Counted from the first letter of the whole stretch, positions 40,160 through 51,404 are shown. The stretch is 63,121 nt of DNA, filler included, from Octopus bimaculoides (GCF_001194135.2; 3 parts of 3 records of this genome joined end to end with filler, not necessarily neighbours in it), one strand, 5' to 3'. Program-made: numbers and translations. Notes: a model not told the origin generated them from the sequence alone.

Positions 40160-41610
40160 TGATTTACTCTGGAGCTTTTACTGTGGAAGTTGGAGGGTAT
40201 GAGTGACATCCCGTGTGATCTCGATTGCGGAAGATCAGTTACGGCGTATGCGGACGACATCACTAACATCGTTTCCGAGGTGGACCACCTACAGAGGGTA
40301 GGCGAGGCCATTAAGGAGTGCGAAGCGGTGGCAGCAGCAAAAATTAACCAGGATAAGTCAGTCGGGCTTGCAACTCGGCACCTGGAGTGGCAAGTCGATA
40401 CCTCCTAACAACCTCATCGGGCATTGGATGGAGGGCCCGGTTAAATTGCTAGGAGTCCAGTTCGGTCCTAACCTCCAAATAGAGAAGAATTGGAGCGAGG
40501 TGACGAGCAGGGCGAGCAACCTAACTCAGACCTGGTCTGGATGGTGGCTATCTCTGAAAGGAGAGGGAGGTCGCCAATGTGTTTATCGCATCTGTGATTA
40601 TCATCTGGACGGTGAACGGGTGTGGTCTCCGTCTGTCAAACTGATCCTTCCTCGATTCACTAGTTTCGGTGAATTGGAGCTGTGGATTAAGCGTAGACCA
40701 AATTTGGGTGCGTGGCAGGCCGAATGTCGGCAGGCATTCGCTCTTGTCTGCCGGACGGGTAATGCCGGTGGCGAGGGTTCCACCTCGTAAAGGAAAAATG
40801 TGACGATGATCTGGGGGAAACCCTGGGCTTCGACGAAGGTCAGCTTACTGGTTTGTTCCGAGGGACATTGAGGCCGGAGCTTTTGGACAACTTCCAAAGG
40901 TCTCTGGCTTGGCAATGTTACTGAGGAACCTTACCAGTTGGAGATAAAGTCGCTAGGCATGGATATTCATGGCGAACCACTTGCCCAAGATGCGAGCAGA
41001 GCAGTGAAACCGTTCTGCACATTATTGTCCAGTGTCCGAAAATTTCGGAAATGTGGGGTATATGACGAATGGCTGCTGTCACGTCTGGAAAGAGTACAGC
41101 TGCCTACCGAGTGGATTATAATGATTGTTCCGCCATCCTCCTTGAATATGGAAGGCAAGGTGTGTCTTCTCGTGTGGTAGCGATGGCGAAAGTGATTGTT
41201 TGGAGGACACGAATGAAGAGAGTGACAGCGGGTGCCTTCATCTCCGGCCCTGGTTTGCTCAACCTGTTTATTTTCCATCTTAAAAGGAAACTAAGGCTGG
41301 ACAGAAGGCGCTTGTCGCTCGATATATAGAGCAAAAGATGGAAGGAAGAGACGTGGAAATTGATAGAGTATGGACCCGCGTGAGAGTAAAACATAAGGGA
41401 AACTAAAATGTTCAGTGGTTGATCGGGGATTTTAGGGTCGAACTCGCCCCACTCCATTGTGTTGTTTTCGTATTGTTCGTTCATTTGTCTATATCATTCG
41501 TCAATTTTTAACTGCTCATTTTTAACGTTTTATAATTCTATCCCCGACACCTCTCATTTTGTATCGTCCTCCCTGTATTTAGCCTTCATGGCGGACATAA
41601 AATCAGTTCG
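40160..41610 (+). mobile_element. Tx1/L1-clade ORF2 relic (RT second half to 3' UTR)
   Basis: TLELLLWKLEG; SVTAYADDIT; AKINQDKSVGL; PVKLLGVQFGP..EKNWSEV; LSLKG; AMAKVIVWRTR. Confidence 0.85.
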
Positions 41611-41639
41611 TAATTAGGACGCTGAGTATTGTATTGTAA

Positions 41640-41870
41640 GTTGCTGCCTGTATTAATTGTTAATTTGATTGATGAATTTGCTGTTGTTCCATTTGTTGTG
41701 TGTGTGTGTTGTTTTAAAAACACCTTGTTTCACTGCGTTTGGCAGAATTGTGAACTTTTCCCCTCATGTGTGAAGGGGAAATTATTATTGCTTTTGTGGG
41801 GTGTTTACGCCCCAAAATTATTATTTGAAAAATAAGTAGTTTCTTTGGCAAGGAGATACTACTGATCCAA
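41640..41870 (+). repeat. Copy 2 of the ~200-bp direct repeat
   Basis: See 39795-39995. Confidence 0.85.
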
Positions 41871-41925
41871 TTCTGAACAATGTCAATCAATAATCAAACC
41901 CAAAAGCATACTATCCGCTCCAATT

Positions 41926-42447
41926 ATGAAGAAAAGAGAGGGTAAAACCAATAGAATGTCCGCAGTCTGTCTACCCTATGTGAACGACCTCTCCGAAAAG
42001 ATACAAAAGAAAAGCGGCCCATATGACATGAGGACAGTATTCAAGACTAATACAACACTTCGCAAATATCTCCTTCGAGTAAAACCACCAAAAGAAGAGA
42101 ATAAGACCAATGCCAGCGTGTACTCCAACCCATGCAGCTGTGGTAAATTATACAAAGGCGAAACATGCCGCCCCCTCAAAATAAGGGTAGACGAACATCG
42201 CGAAGCTGTGACACGAAGAGATATTGATAAATCGGGTATAGTTGATCATATATGGAAAAATGGATACCACCTCCCCCTGTGGGATGAAGTCAAAATAATA
42301 GACAGCGAACACAACTGGAAAATACGAAATCTAAAAGAAGCAGTACATATGCTAGGACAAAACAACCTCCTAAGCAGACCGAGTGAAGATACGAGTAGCA
42401 TATGGGGAGCGGTATTAAGGAAGGAGAAGAAAATATTAGATTTATAA
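41926..42447 (+). mobile_element. Penelope-like GIY-YIG endonuclease ORF (open for 173 aa)
   Basis: VCLPYVNDLSEKI..VYSNPCSCGKLYKGETCRPLKIRVDEH..SGIVDHIW..WKIRNLKEAVHM. Confidence 0.9.
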
Positions 42448-42475
42448 GCCCTAAATTCAGTCCATAATTTCCGAT

Positions 42476-42700
42476 GGGCATATGACGTAGTGGTTAATAG
42501 CGCGGGTTCCCAAGATTCCGAGTTTGATTCCAGGCTGTGATCTTAATAATAATAATAATAATGATAATAATAATAACATTAGGAATGAGAACCCAGGCTC
42601 CAAATTCCCCCAAGACACTTGATGAAGGCTGGAGGGTATATTAGCCGAAACATTGTGTTAACAACAAACAAGATGAGGACAAATGTAAATAATGTAAATA
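42476..42700 (+). ncRNA. tRNA-like Pol III head + (TAA)n + minimal hammerhead-like motif at the PLE 3' end
   Basis: A box TGACGTAGTGG (42483), B box GTTTGATTCC (42522); ACAC-TTGATGA-A-GGCTG-loop-TAGCC-GAAAC-ATT-GTGT at 42615-42658. Confidence 0.55.
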
Positions 42701-42888
42701 AATATCTGGTTTACTTGCCTTGATGGTCCAATCTTTACATACTGGGAAGTCCCAAAGAATTGTTACATATTCTCTGTCATTTACAGCTTCAGGGTGGTGA
42801 TTGTACCATGTCAGCAGTTTTGATTTTACAATGGCGACACATTATCCAATATAGATATTGGCCTATTATTATTATTATTATCATTATT

Positions 42889-42919
<31 letters not shown>

Positions 42920-43044
42920 TTATTATTATTATTATCATCATCATCATCATCATTATCATTATTATTATTATTATTATTGTTCAGTAGTTTTATTTTTATA
43001 NNNNNNNNNNNNNNNNNNNNNNNNNNNNNNNNNNNNNNNNNNNN

Positions 43045-43056
43045 TTAATTAATTAA
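43045..43056. other. Artificial scaffold spacer N44-TTAATTAATTAA-N44
   Basis: Identical to 16032-16043. Confidence 0.95.
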
Positions 43057-43689
43057 NNNNNNNNNNNNNNNNNNNNNNNNNNNNNNNNNNNNNNNNNNNN
43101 TATATATATATATATATATATGCACACATTCATTTACATATACTTATATATGTGTGTGTGCCTGTGTGTGAGAGTATGTATGCGTTAAAGGACTGGTATC
43201 AGAAGGATTCACCCGGTTGGGGAGTTACATTGTTATAAAAAAAAGGAGGCACAATAAAGTGCGATACGTAACTAAAAAGCCGGCTCTGTAGTTAGTTCCA
43301 TACTCCACTCCACAGTCCACTGTAGTATGGTGCTGCCCATCAGTATCGGGATAGGTTAGTGTGCGGAATACGAGCCAAGTGAGATATATAATATAGATGT
43401 ATATAGAGTGTATTTGTACGCATGTGTGTAAACAACTATACATACAAATATATATAACTTAAATGATGTAAATGTGAGCTACTATACATTTCATACTTCT
43501 AATAGTAGAGTAGTGAGATGAACTTCTATAATATACCGGGTACTATCGCACAATCTTTCATGGGTGCTTTCTGAGAAATAGCGAGAAAGAACGAGAAGTA
43601 ATTAAAAGAAAAATAGTAAATAAGAAAAAAGCATAGAAGTTAAATAGGAGTTGGGTCCTTTGATCTGTTAGAATGATTGATATTGGTTG

Positions 43690-44115
43690 TGTAGTTAATT
43701 CGACAGGAAAGGTTCAACTTTGGAGAGGGTGGTGTTCTCTAATTCGATAATAGAAACATATCCAAATGCTTACACTTAGTGAAAATTTCTGATCTAGAAT
43801 TCAGTCTGTGTATTTCATAGATATAAATAGATATAAATTCTTTGAGCTATACAAAGCCTTGCACATCCTGAACCCATTAACGTAGAGCGTGGCTCGTTCT
43901 ACGATTATCCACTTTATGGTGTTTAGGATATTTTTGGCCTTCAGGTTCGATAAATGGCAAGCAAACTTAGTGACTTTCTTCTTGTCTACGTTTCGGAAAG
44001 CAGATTGATGGTTAACATATCTATTTTGAAAATCGCTTTTGCAGAGACCAATATACTTTTTCAGTTGAGTCTCGTCAATTTGTAAACCTGAGGTGACTAC
44101 AACTTTGTAGACTAC

Positions 44116-44118
<3 letters not shown>
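43690..44118 (-). mobile_element. Penelope-like (Neptune-type) GIY-YIG relic
   Basis: VVYKVVV..KYIGLCKSDFQNRYVNHQSAF..LKAK..IKWIIVERA. Confidence 0.8.
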
Positions 44119-44147
<29 letters not shown>

Positions 44148-44429
44148 NNNNNNNNNNNNNNNNNNNNNNNNNNNNNNNNNNNNNNNNNNNNNNNNNNNNN
44201 NNNNNNNNNNNNNNNNNNNNNNNNNNNNNNNNNNNNNNNNNNNNNNNNNNNNNNNNNNNNNNNNNNNNNNNNNNNNNNNNNNNNNNNNNNNNNNNNNNNN
44301 NNNNNNNNNNNNNNNNNNNNNNNNNNNNNNNNNNNNNNNNNNNNNNNNNNNNNNNNNNNNNNNNNNNNNNNNNNNNNNNNNNNNNNNNNNNNNNNNNNNN
44401 NNNNNNNNNNNNNNNTATATATATATAGG

Positions 44430-44590
44430 GAGAATTCACAAAAAAACAAAAGACGAAGACAGGTGGTGTAGACAACAAACTGATGTATTAGTTTAACGCT
44501 CGTGAAGTGAAAAAGTCTTTAACGTTTCGAGCCTACGCTCTTCCACAGAAAGTAACACAGAAAGAAACAAGGAGAGAAAATAAAGAATGT
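44430..44590 (-). mobile_element. PLE terminal-repeat-like segment carrying a minimal hammerhead-like motif
   Basis: Minus strand CTTT-CTGTGGA-A-GAGC-GTAG-GCTC-GAAAC-GTT-AAAG at about 44553-44516. Confidence 0.55.
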
Positions 44591-44769
44591 GTAGTGGCGC
44601 ACACATTCTACTACTATTACTTCTACTCATAATAATAGTATATATAACAAGGACAGTTTGGGTTCAAGTAAATACTAAAATGACACATTAGGAAAGAATG
44701 CCTTAACCCCCAGGTAGATATCTTATCAATAATGCTAACAATAAATATCGTGGAAATGAATCCATAAAG

Positions 44770-45160
44770 GAAAGAAGCACCTGTAAAATACATAATAATT
44801 GTCCATTACACGACAACTTCCGCATATTTAATGTTTTTTGTAAATGCACTGTTCTTAATAAAGAACAAATCTCTATCAAAATATACATCGGCACCGCTGT
44901 CACATTTAAACATCGATACATATTTCCCCTGTGCCCATTTAACTTTCCGAAACACTGTAAGTCTACCTCACTAGCTCATCACATAGTGAACCTTAAGGAA
45001 AACAGTATACCATATAATTAGTCTATGATCGGTTCCGGGGTGCCAAACCAGGAAAACCACACTCCGTGCTGGTTATGCTTAAATGAACCTATACAGACCT
45101 TACAACATAATTCATAGTAGTTACTGAACCAACCAAAGAAAGCTTTAACTATTTACATTC
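44770..45160 (+). mobile_element. Penelope-like (Neptune-type) GIY-YIG relic, not in the ORF track because it lacks a Met
   Basis: NNCPL..NVFCKCTV..KIYIGTAVTFKHRY..STSLAHHIVNLKE..PCWLCLNE. Confidence 0.75.
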
Positions 45161-45513
45161 ACAGATTCTTTGGAACGTTCTGATTTCATCAGACATCTAA
45201 ATGTTGCGCTTTGAGTTTCTTCACACAACTAACACGCATGCTTATTCAATACAATTCAACTTATTTTAACCCGTCATGTACCCCACCTCCCATTCCTCTC
45301 TTTATACTATGGTTATTATTTTATCACCACCTCTGAAATCCTTTATTTACTTCCCTTATTCTACAATTACGACTAACCTGAACCTCGTATATCACCACCT
45401 CCCATAATTCATTATATCACTGCTCGGAATTCAAGTAGAAGGATTTAACTAAATATTATATCCGAATATATATTTATCGATATTATTAGTTATTATTAGG
45501 TTAAATTTTTTCT

Positions 45514-45900
45514 GTGGAGGCGCAATGGCCCAGTGGTTAGGGCAGCGGACTCGCGATCATAGGATTGCGGTTTCGATTCCCAGACCGGGCGTTGTGGGTG
45601 TTTATTGATTGAAAACACCTAAAGTTCCACGAGGCTCCAACAGGGGCCGGTGGTGAACCCTGCTGTATTTTTTCACCACCACTTTCTCTCACTCTTACTT
45701 CCTGTTTCTGTTGTACCTGTAATGCAAAAGGTCAACCTTGTCGCACTGTGTCACGCTGAATATCCTCGATAATTACGTTAAGGGTACACATGTCTGTGGA
45801 GTGCTCAGCCACTTGCACGTTAATTTCACGAGCAGGCTGTTTCGTTGATCGAATCAACTGGAACCCGCGATGTCGTAAGCGACTGAGTGCCAACACAAAA
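45514..45900 (+). mobile_element. Full-length tRNA-derived SINE family 3
   Basis: A box TGGCCCAGTGGTTAG, B box GTTTCGATTCCC, ~390-bp body; partial copy at 8858-8955. Confidence 0.85.
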
Positions 45901-46477
45901 TTTTTCTATTCCCTATCCTACGCTATTTCTTTACCCAAATTTGTTCATATCCATATTATGAATCAAATTTATAATTTTAAATTAAATTTATAATTTTAAA
46001 TAGTAAATCTTTATTTTTACGATAAAAACATTCGCTAATCTGATAACTATTATCAAACGCGTGCACGAACTGCTCCGATTATATATCCTATGAAGTATAA
46101 GCCTTAATTCCTATCAGCAAAAGCCATTTTTCTAGCAGTAAGACCTTGAATTCCCTTATAGTAAGGTGATTTATATACCCAAATGCCGAATATTTTCTTC
46201 TTTCCATTTCTTTTCCTCTTTTCTCTTTAGCATAACACATTATATCATATAACCATATATTCAATGCTACAGTTTGTCTACACATTTCCATGAGTTTGTG
46301 TGTCTGTGCGTGATTCTGTGTGCACATGTGACTGTGTACCTGTGAGCAACTGTATGTCTATGTGCATTTGTGTGTCTGTAGTTTGTTATCTTGTATATAT
46401 GTGAAAGTATATTACTTCTATTCAGGTGACACCATTTTATGACAGACAGTTAAATAATTTCTAGAATACCGGAATAG

Positions 46478-46483
46478 TTTATT
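46478..46483 (-). terminator. Candidate polyadenylation signal AATAAA of the membrane-protein locus
   Basis: Plus-strand TTTATT, about 45 nt downstream of the terminal TGA (46530-46528). Confidence 0.45.
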
Positions 46484-46527
46484 TTTCAAAAAAATGTTAA
46501 CAATTTCATAAATATATCTAATAAATT

Positions 46528-48752
46528 TCATTCTTCAAATACATTTATTGTTTCGACTATTTCATCTAACATGGTTATTGTTAACCTACTATTTGTGTTT
46601 TTTATAGACAATAATTTAGGTATCATAGACGTCATCAACATCAAAGTAATCTTTGTGAATGTTGATAAGCCCAAGTCTTCTAGATTTATTATATTGTTGC
46701 AAGCAAAGAAAAAAAATACGATTAGAAACAGTTTTACAATGGATTTACCAATCTCGAATCTCAATGGAAAATGTTGGTTAACAATTGTCTTGAACAACTT
46801 GGCGTTTATGAATTCCTCCCCATATTTTGACTTTACTAAATTTGGACGAAGAATTTTGGTGAGCTTTATAGATTCAAGCAGAATAAAGTCATACTGTTTC
46901 TGAACAGCTTTTATAATTGCAATACCATAAACAAGAAACATGGAAACGAACCATATATCACCAACGGTACCAGGCTTAGCAAGTACTGCAACAGCTATTG
47001 AAAATATATACTCGCAAAGGATACCAAACGTTACTACAAATATATAGATTGAATACATTCCCCAAATTAGAAAACATGGAAACGATATGAATGTTAAAAT
47101 GAAAGCAATAATCTTGAAAATATAGTTAGGATTCAAATACAGAGGGAAAATATAAACTCTGAAATAACTTAATGGTAAAGTTAAAACCAAATAAAGAATT
47201 GGGATTCCATAATACAAGAGGCACAGAAATAATTCACAGACAGAAAATACGGCAAATAAAATTGTAATGGAAACAAAGGGACAAAGTGTAATGAATCGCC
47301 AGAAAATATTTCTTTCGTAGTAATATAACCAAATTTTCTTTATACGGTTAAACCAAGTATAAATTACTAAATGCCAGAAACTTGGGTTTAAAGCAGTAGA
47401 AATATTAGCTTTCATTATTGCATAGAGTAGATCATAATCCTGTACTGTAGAAACATTTAAACTGCCATACTTCTCTAATAATCTCTTATTTTGAATGAGA
47501 AATGTGCAAGTGGATCATTGATGTAATGTATTATAAGCGATAGTCTCACTTAAACGACTGGGAAGAACGAAGAGAATAAAACTGAAAAATATGTAGCCCA
47601 TGAACCACAAAAATGGACCCCCGAAGAAGCCACCTGTATTGTCATAACTTCGCGAGATTCCTAATATTAGGGCGCGATAGCCCAATGGTATATCATTTTG
47701 GAATAGTATTTTTATTGTTTCATATAAAAAGAAGTAATGCATCAAAAGATCCAGAACAATTACTGAAAGAGAGAATAGAATACACAGGAATCTTCTTAGT
47801 CTTGAGGCAAAGAAAGAGGAATTGTGGAAACAAAATATCCAAGACACAAAATGAGAGAATGTGTAAATATTATGTTTTCCATTGATCCACTCGGATTTGT
47901 ATGGCAACGTGTTTTTAATTGTAAATAAGAATTCATCGTGTGCAAACAGTGGCAGATTGAGTTGACGGGAATGTGAAGGTACTTTAGCTTTTGATACGAA
48001 ACTTATAAACAATGGAGCAAATGCCCACAAAACTGCTCCGATGATATTTGCATAATTGTAAAACATAGCATTTTCAATGGTTTTTCCCGGACAAATGGAT
48101 TTGGTGTGAATAAACATGACTTTCGTTTTTATTGATCACACAGCAATAGTTCTTCACTATCTCTCGATTTATACCTATTCTTCTGTAAGCTTCAAATACG
48201 CGAGGACTTTTCCTCTTCAAATCATAAGACAGATTTATTAAAAAAACACATGGAGCCAGATTTTCCCATTTGCAATTTGGCGATAAATAAGATACTTTTC
48301 AATTCCTGAAAAATTAAATATATTAAATCATTTCTCTGAATATTTTGTTTTCCACAATTTATATCGATATTAATCCTTAGATTAGCAATGTAGACAGCTA
48401 ACATATGAAAAGTGCGAATTTTAAAATCATAGGAAAACTTGTTATATACTACAAAACCATTAGGTACATCTGAAATCCACGTAAAATGTCTCGCGTTTGC
48501 AAAATAATCCAGCGGTACAGGATTAAGAAGGTCATCAAGTGACTTGTTTGATAAATGGACTTCAAAATTGAAAACATCTTTTTCTAATTTTACTAAACGA
48601 GATAAAATCTCACTGACATTGGGAGGAATTTTAATTTCGCAATTATTTCCGCGTTCCTTCGCATCGATGTTTAGTGATGTCAGTGTGATAATAAGAATGA
48701 TTGAAATAATAAGAGAACTGGCTGCTCTTATTATCGTCTGCATGGCAGCCAT
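46528..48752 (-). pseudogene. Disrupted single-coding-exon gene for an uncharacterised ~740-aa signal-peptide, multi-pass membrane protein
   Basis: ORF 48752-48222 (signal peptide, ectodomain) shifts +1 into an open bridging frame (..YDLKRKSPRVFEAYRRIGINREIVKNYCCVINK), then +1 into ORF 48117-47515, then passes an in-frame TGA (47517-47515) straight into ORF 47415-46528. Long, non-repetitive, strongly hydrophobic frames; no TE motifs. Confidence 0.75.
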
Positions 48753-48762
48753 ATTTCGTTAC

Positions 48763-48785
48763 CTGTAAATAAAAAAAAATATAGA
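48763..48785 (-). promoter_or_regulatory. Splice acceptor 10 nt upstream of the ATG (5' UTR intron)
   Basis: Minus strand TATTTTTTTTTATTTACAG|GTAACGAAAT-ATG-GCT; AG at 48764-48763. Confidence 0.7.
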
Positions 48786-50137
48786 ACATATAAAATAAGG
48801 AAGATTCATTTTAATTTTTCTTTAAATTTCGTAACTCTTTTAAAATGGAGATTATTTTTGTAGCTGATCTTTGTCTCGATTTGAACCTTCAGCGCTTTCT
48901 TTTAATTAGGTTTTCTTAAATAGTAAAAAACAACTTTGATGGTGATAACGTTATTAGAAAAGACACTAATTACACTTAACAATACCGAATCAAATTAAGT
49001 GACAGAAATAGTACAAAGGAATCAAAAGTTGTTGATGGCAAACCAATCAATTCTGATTTCGATAATTGAGTATATGTAAATAGAGGAGAGAGCGACAGAC
49101 AGACGTCCCTCAGTCACCATGATGGTCAGTGACAAACAGATAAGAGAGACGAGAACATCACAGTATAATATGAGACTCTTTTGACGACTGGGCGATGTGA
49201 ACGAGCAATTTGCCTCTTTTCTAAAAATTGCAGGGGAAAAATATAAATACACACATATACACATCATATATATATATATATATATATATATTCATATATG
49301 CGAGCTGGCAGAATCGTTAGCACGCCATTTTCATCAGTGTGAAGAATTTTTTAAGGACATAAAAAAAGGTCTAATAAAATAAGGTAAATTAAAATAAGAT
49401 ACAATAAGGGAGAATACAAGTGGGGTAATAGGGAAAATAGGATATTTACAGGCAAGTTGTAAAAGGGAAAATGATAACAGTAATAATAATAATGAGAGAG
49501 ACGATAGGGAAAAAAAAAAGATATATCAATGTGTATGCACGTCTATATGTGCTGTAAACTATAACAAAAATAAGAATGAAAAGCTTGTCCTTTGAATTGC
49601 GCGTATGTATTGTATCCTATTTGTATTAAATCTAATTTTGATTCAACATCTTTTTCTCCTCCATTTTTCTATAATCGTTTATGGTATTTTTGTACCTATA
49701 ACGATATTTTTCAACTGTGAGTATGGAAAACGATTAAATTTTGGAAAAATTAAAAGTAAAGTTTTTTAAAAGAATATTTGCATAGTATTTAAATACAAGG
49801 GGCATCTTCCTTGTTTCTACCTGTCTCTGTCTCTTTTGTTTACTCTTGTAAACCCACAAGAGTTGACTTTTTTCCATATATATATATATNNNNNNNNNNN
49901 NNNNNNNNNNNNNNNNNNNNNNNNNNNNNNNNNNNNNNNNNNNNNNNNNNNNNNNNNNNNNNNNNNNNNNNNNNNNNNNNNNNNNNNNNNNNNNNNNNNN
50001 NNNNNNNNNNNNNNNNNNNNNNNNNNNNNNNNNNNNNNNNNNNNNNNNNNNNNNNNNNNNNNNNNNNNNNNNNNNNNNNNNNNNNNNNNNNNNNNNNNNN
50101 NNNNNNNNNNNNNNNNNNNNNNNNNNNNNNNNNNNNN

Positions 50138-50185
<48 letters not shown>

Positions 50186-50199
50186 TGTATATTTTATAT

Positions 50200-51187
50200 A
50201 TGTTTCAGCCTTAAGACTACGGCCTTACCGGCGCACCGCCAGTGTAATCACCTTTTAATTAGCCAATCCTATATGATTAGCTATTGGTGAAAGAGAGAGT
50301 TTGACACTGCTGCCCTCTTGAGTTTCCTACCTTGATATTGACTACTTGTACTACTTCTGTATCGTCGGCATAGCCAGTAAGTGTGGCTGTCTGTGTAACT
50401 GATGGCATATCTGAAAGAGCCATCATGAGCAGCACGGCCGCAATAAGTTCTATGAGGCACTTCACTGTCTATTACTGTCTCCATGGAGAGGGCTTCTGTA
50501 TTTAGGAAGTCATGCAACCACTTTCGATTTTGCCACATAAGCCGAGTCTCAGTAGATTGTGACATATCATCCCATGATCAGCTTTATCAAAGGCCTTTGC
50601 AAAGTCGAAATATATCACATCTACGTTTGAGCGATTCATTAATTGTCTCAACCCCCAGTCATAGTGCTGTAAGAGCTGTGTAAGGAGCTTCTTACTGAGC
50701 GAAAGCCATGCTGGGTGTCAGGAAGCAAGTGATTATCTTCAAGGAACGTAATTAGTTTATTGCTGACAATGCGCTCCGTTACTTTGCTGACATGGCAGTT
50801 TAGAGAGACAGGTCTATAATTTTTAGCATCTGCTCTACTACCTTCTTTATAGACAGGGCATATTATGCCTTCCTTTAACTTTTTGGGAAGTCTCCCAGTT
50901 GTGAGCAAGCTCTGGAAGAGAATCTGAAGTAGTCTTGCTAGAGCCTCATTACATTTCTTCAGGAGAATTGCTGGGAATCCATTAGGGCCTGTGGCTGAGT
51001 TTGAGCTCATTTCAACAATGGCTGATATTACATCAATTTCCTTTATTTTGATGCTCTCAATAATTACCATTTTGTTGTGTAGAGCTATGGGAGCCCAAAA
51101 ACTCATGACGCATAGCTACTTGCAAGTGTCTTAATGGAGTGGGGAAAAGACTCTTGTATTGCACATTCAGTACTTCACTGATCCTCT
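50200..51187 (-). mobile_element. CR1-type LINE RT relic
   Basis: SATGPNGFPAILLKKC; NYRPVSL..SKVTERIV; TQHGFRS; DVIYFDFAKAFDK; GYADDT. Confidence 0.9.
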
Positions 51188-51333
51188 NNNNNNNNNNNNN
51201 NNNNNNNNNNNNNNNNNNNNNNNNNNNNNNNNNNNNNNNNNNNNNNNNNNNNNNNNNNNNNNNNNNNNNNNNNNNNNNNNNNNNNNNNNNNNNNNNNNNN
51301 NNNNNNNNNNNNNNNNNNNNNNNNNNNNNNNNN

Positions 51334-51366
<33 letters not shown>

Positions 51367-51404
51367 ATAGACACACATATATGTACATACATACACACAC
51401 ATAT

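Noticed and set aside
42476-42540. Possible tRNA gene (also 45514-45585, 14450-14522, 62250-62325)
   Set aside because: A and B boxes are present but there is no complete cloverleaf; these are SINE-type heads
43290-43350. Hammerhead-like CTGATGG plus hairpin on minus (also 45170-45190 and 2530-2590)
   Set aside because: GAAA, stem II or the NUH triplet is missing or misplaced
47515-47517. Selenocysteine reading of the internal TGA
   Set aside because: No SECIS-like hairpin seen after the stop and no redox motif context
46528-48752. Assignment to cephalopod chemotactile (Cys-loop) receptors or GPCRs
   Set aside because: No Cys-loop signature or 4-TM layout, no DRY/NPxxY motifs; helix number and spacing differ
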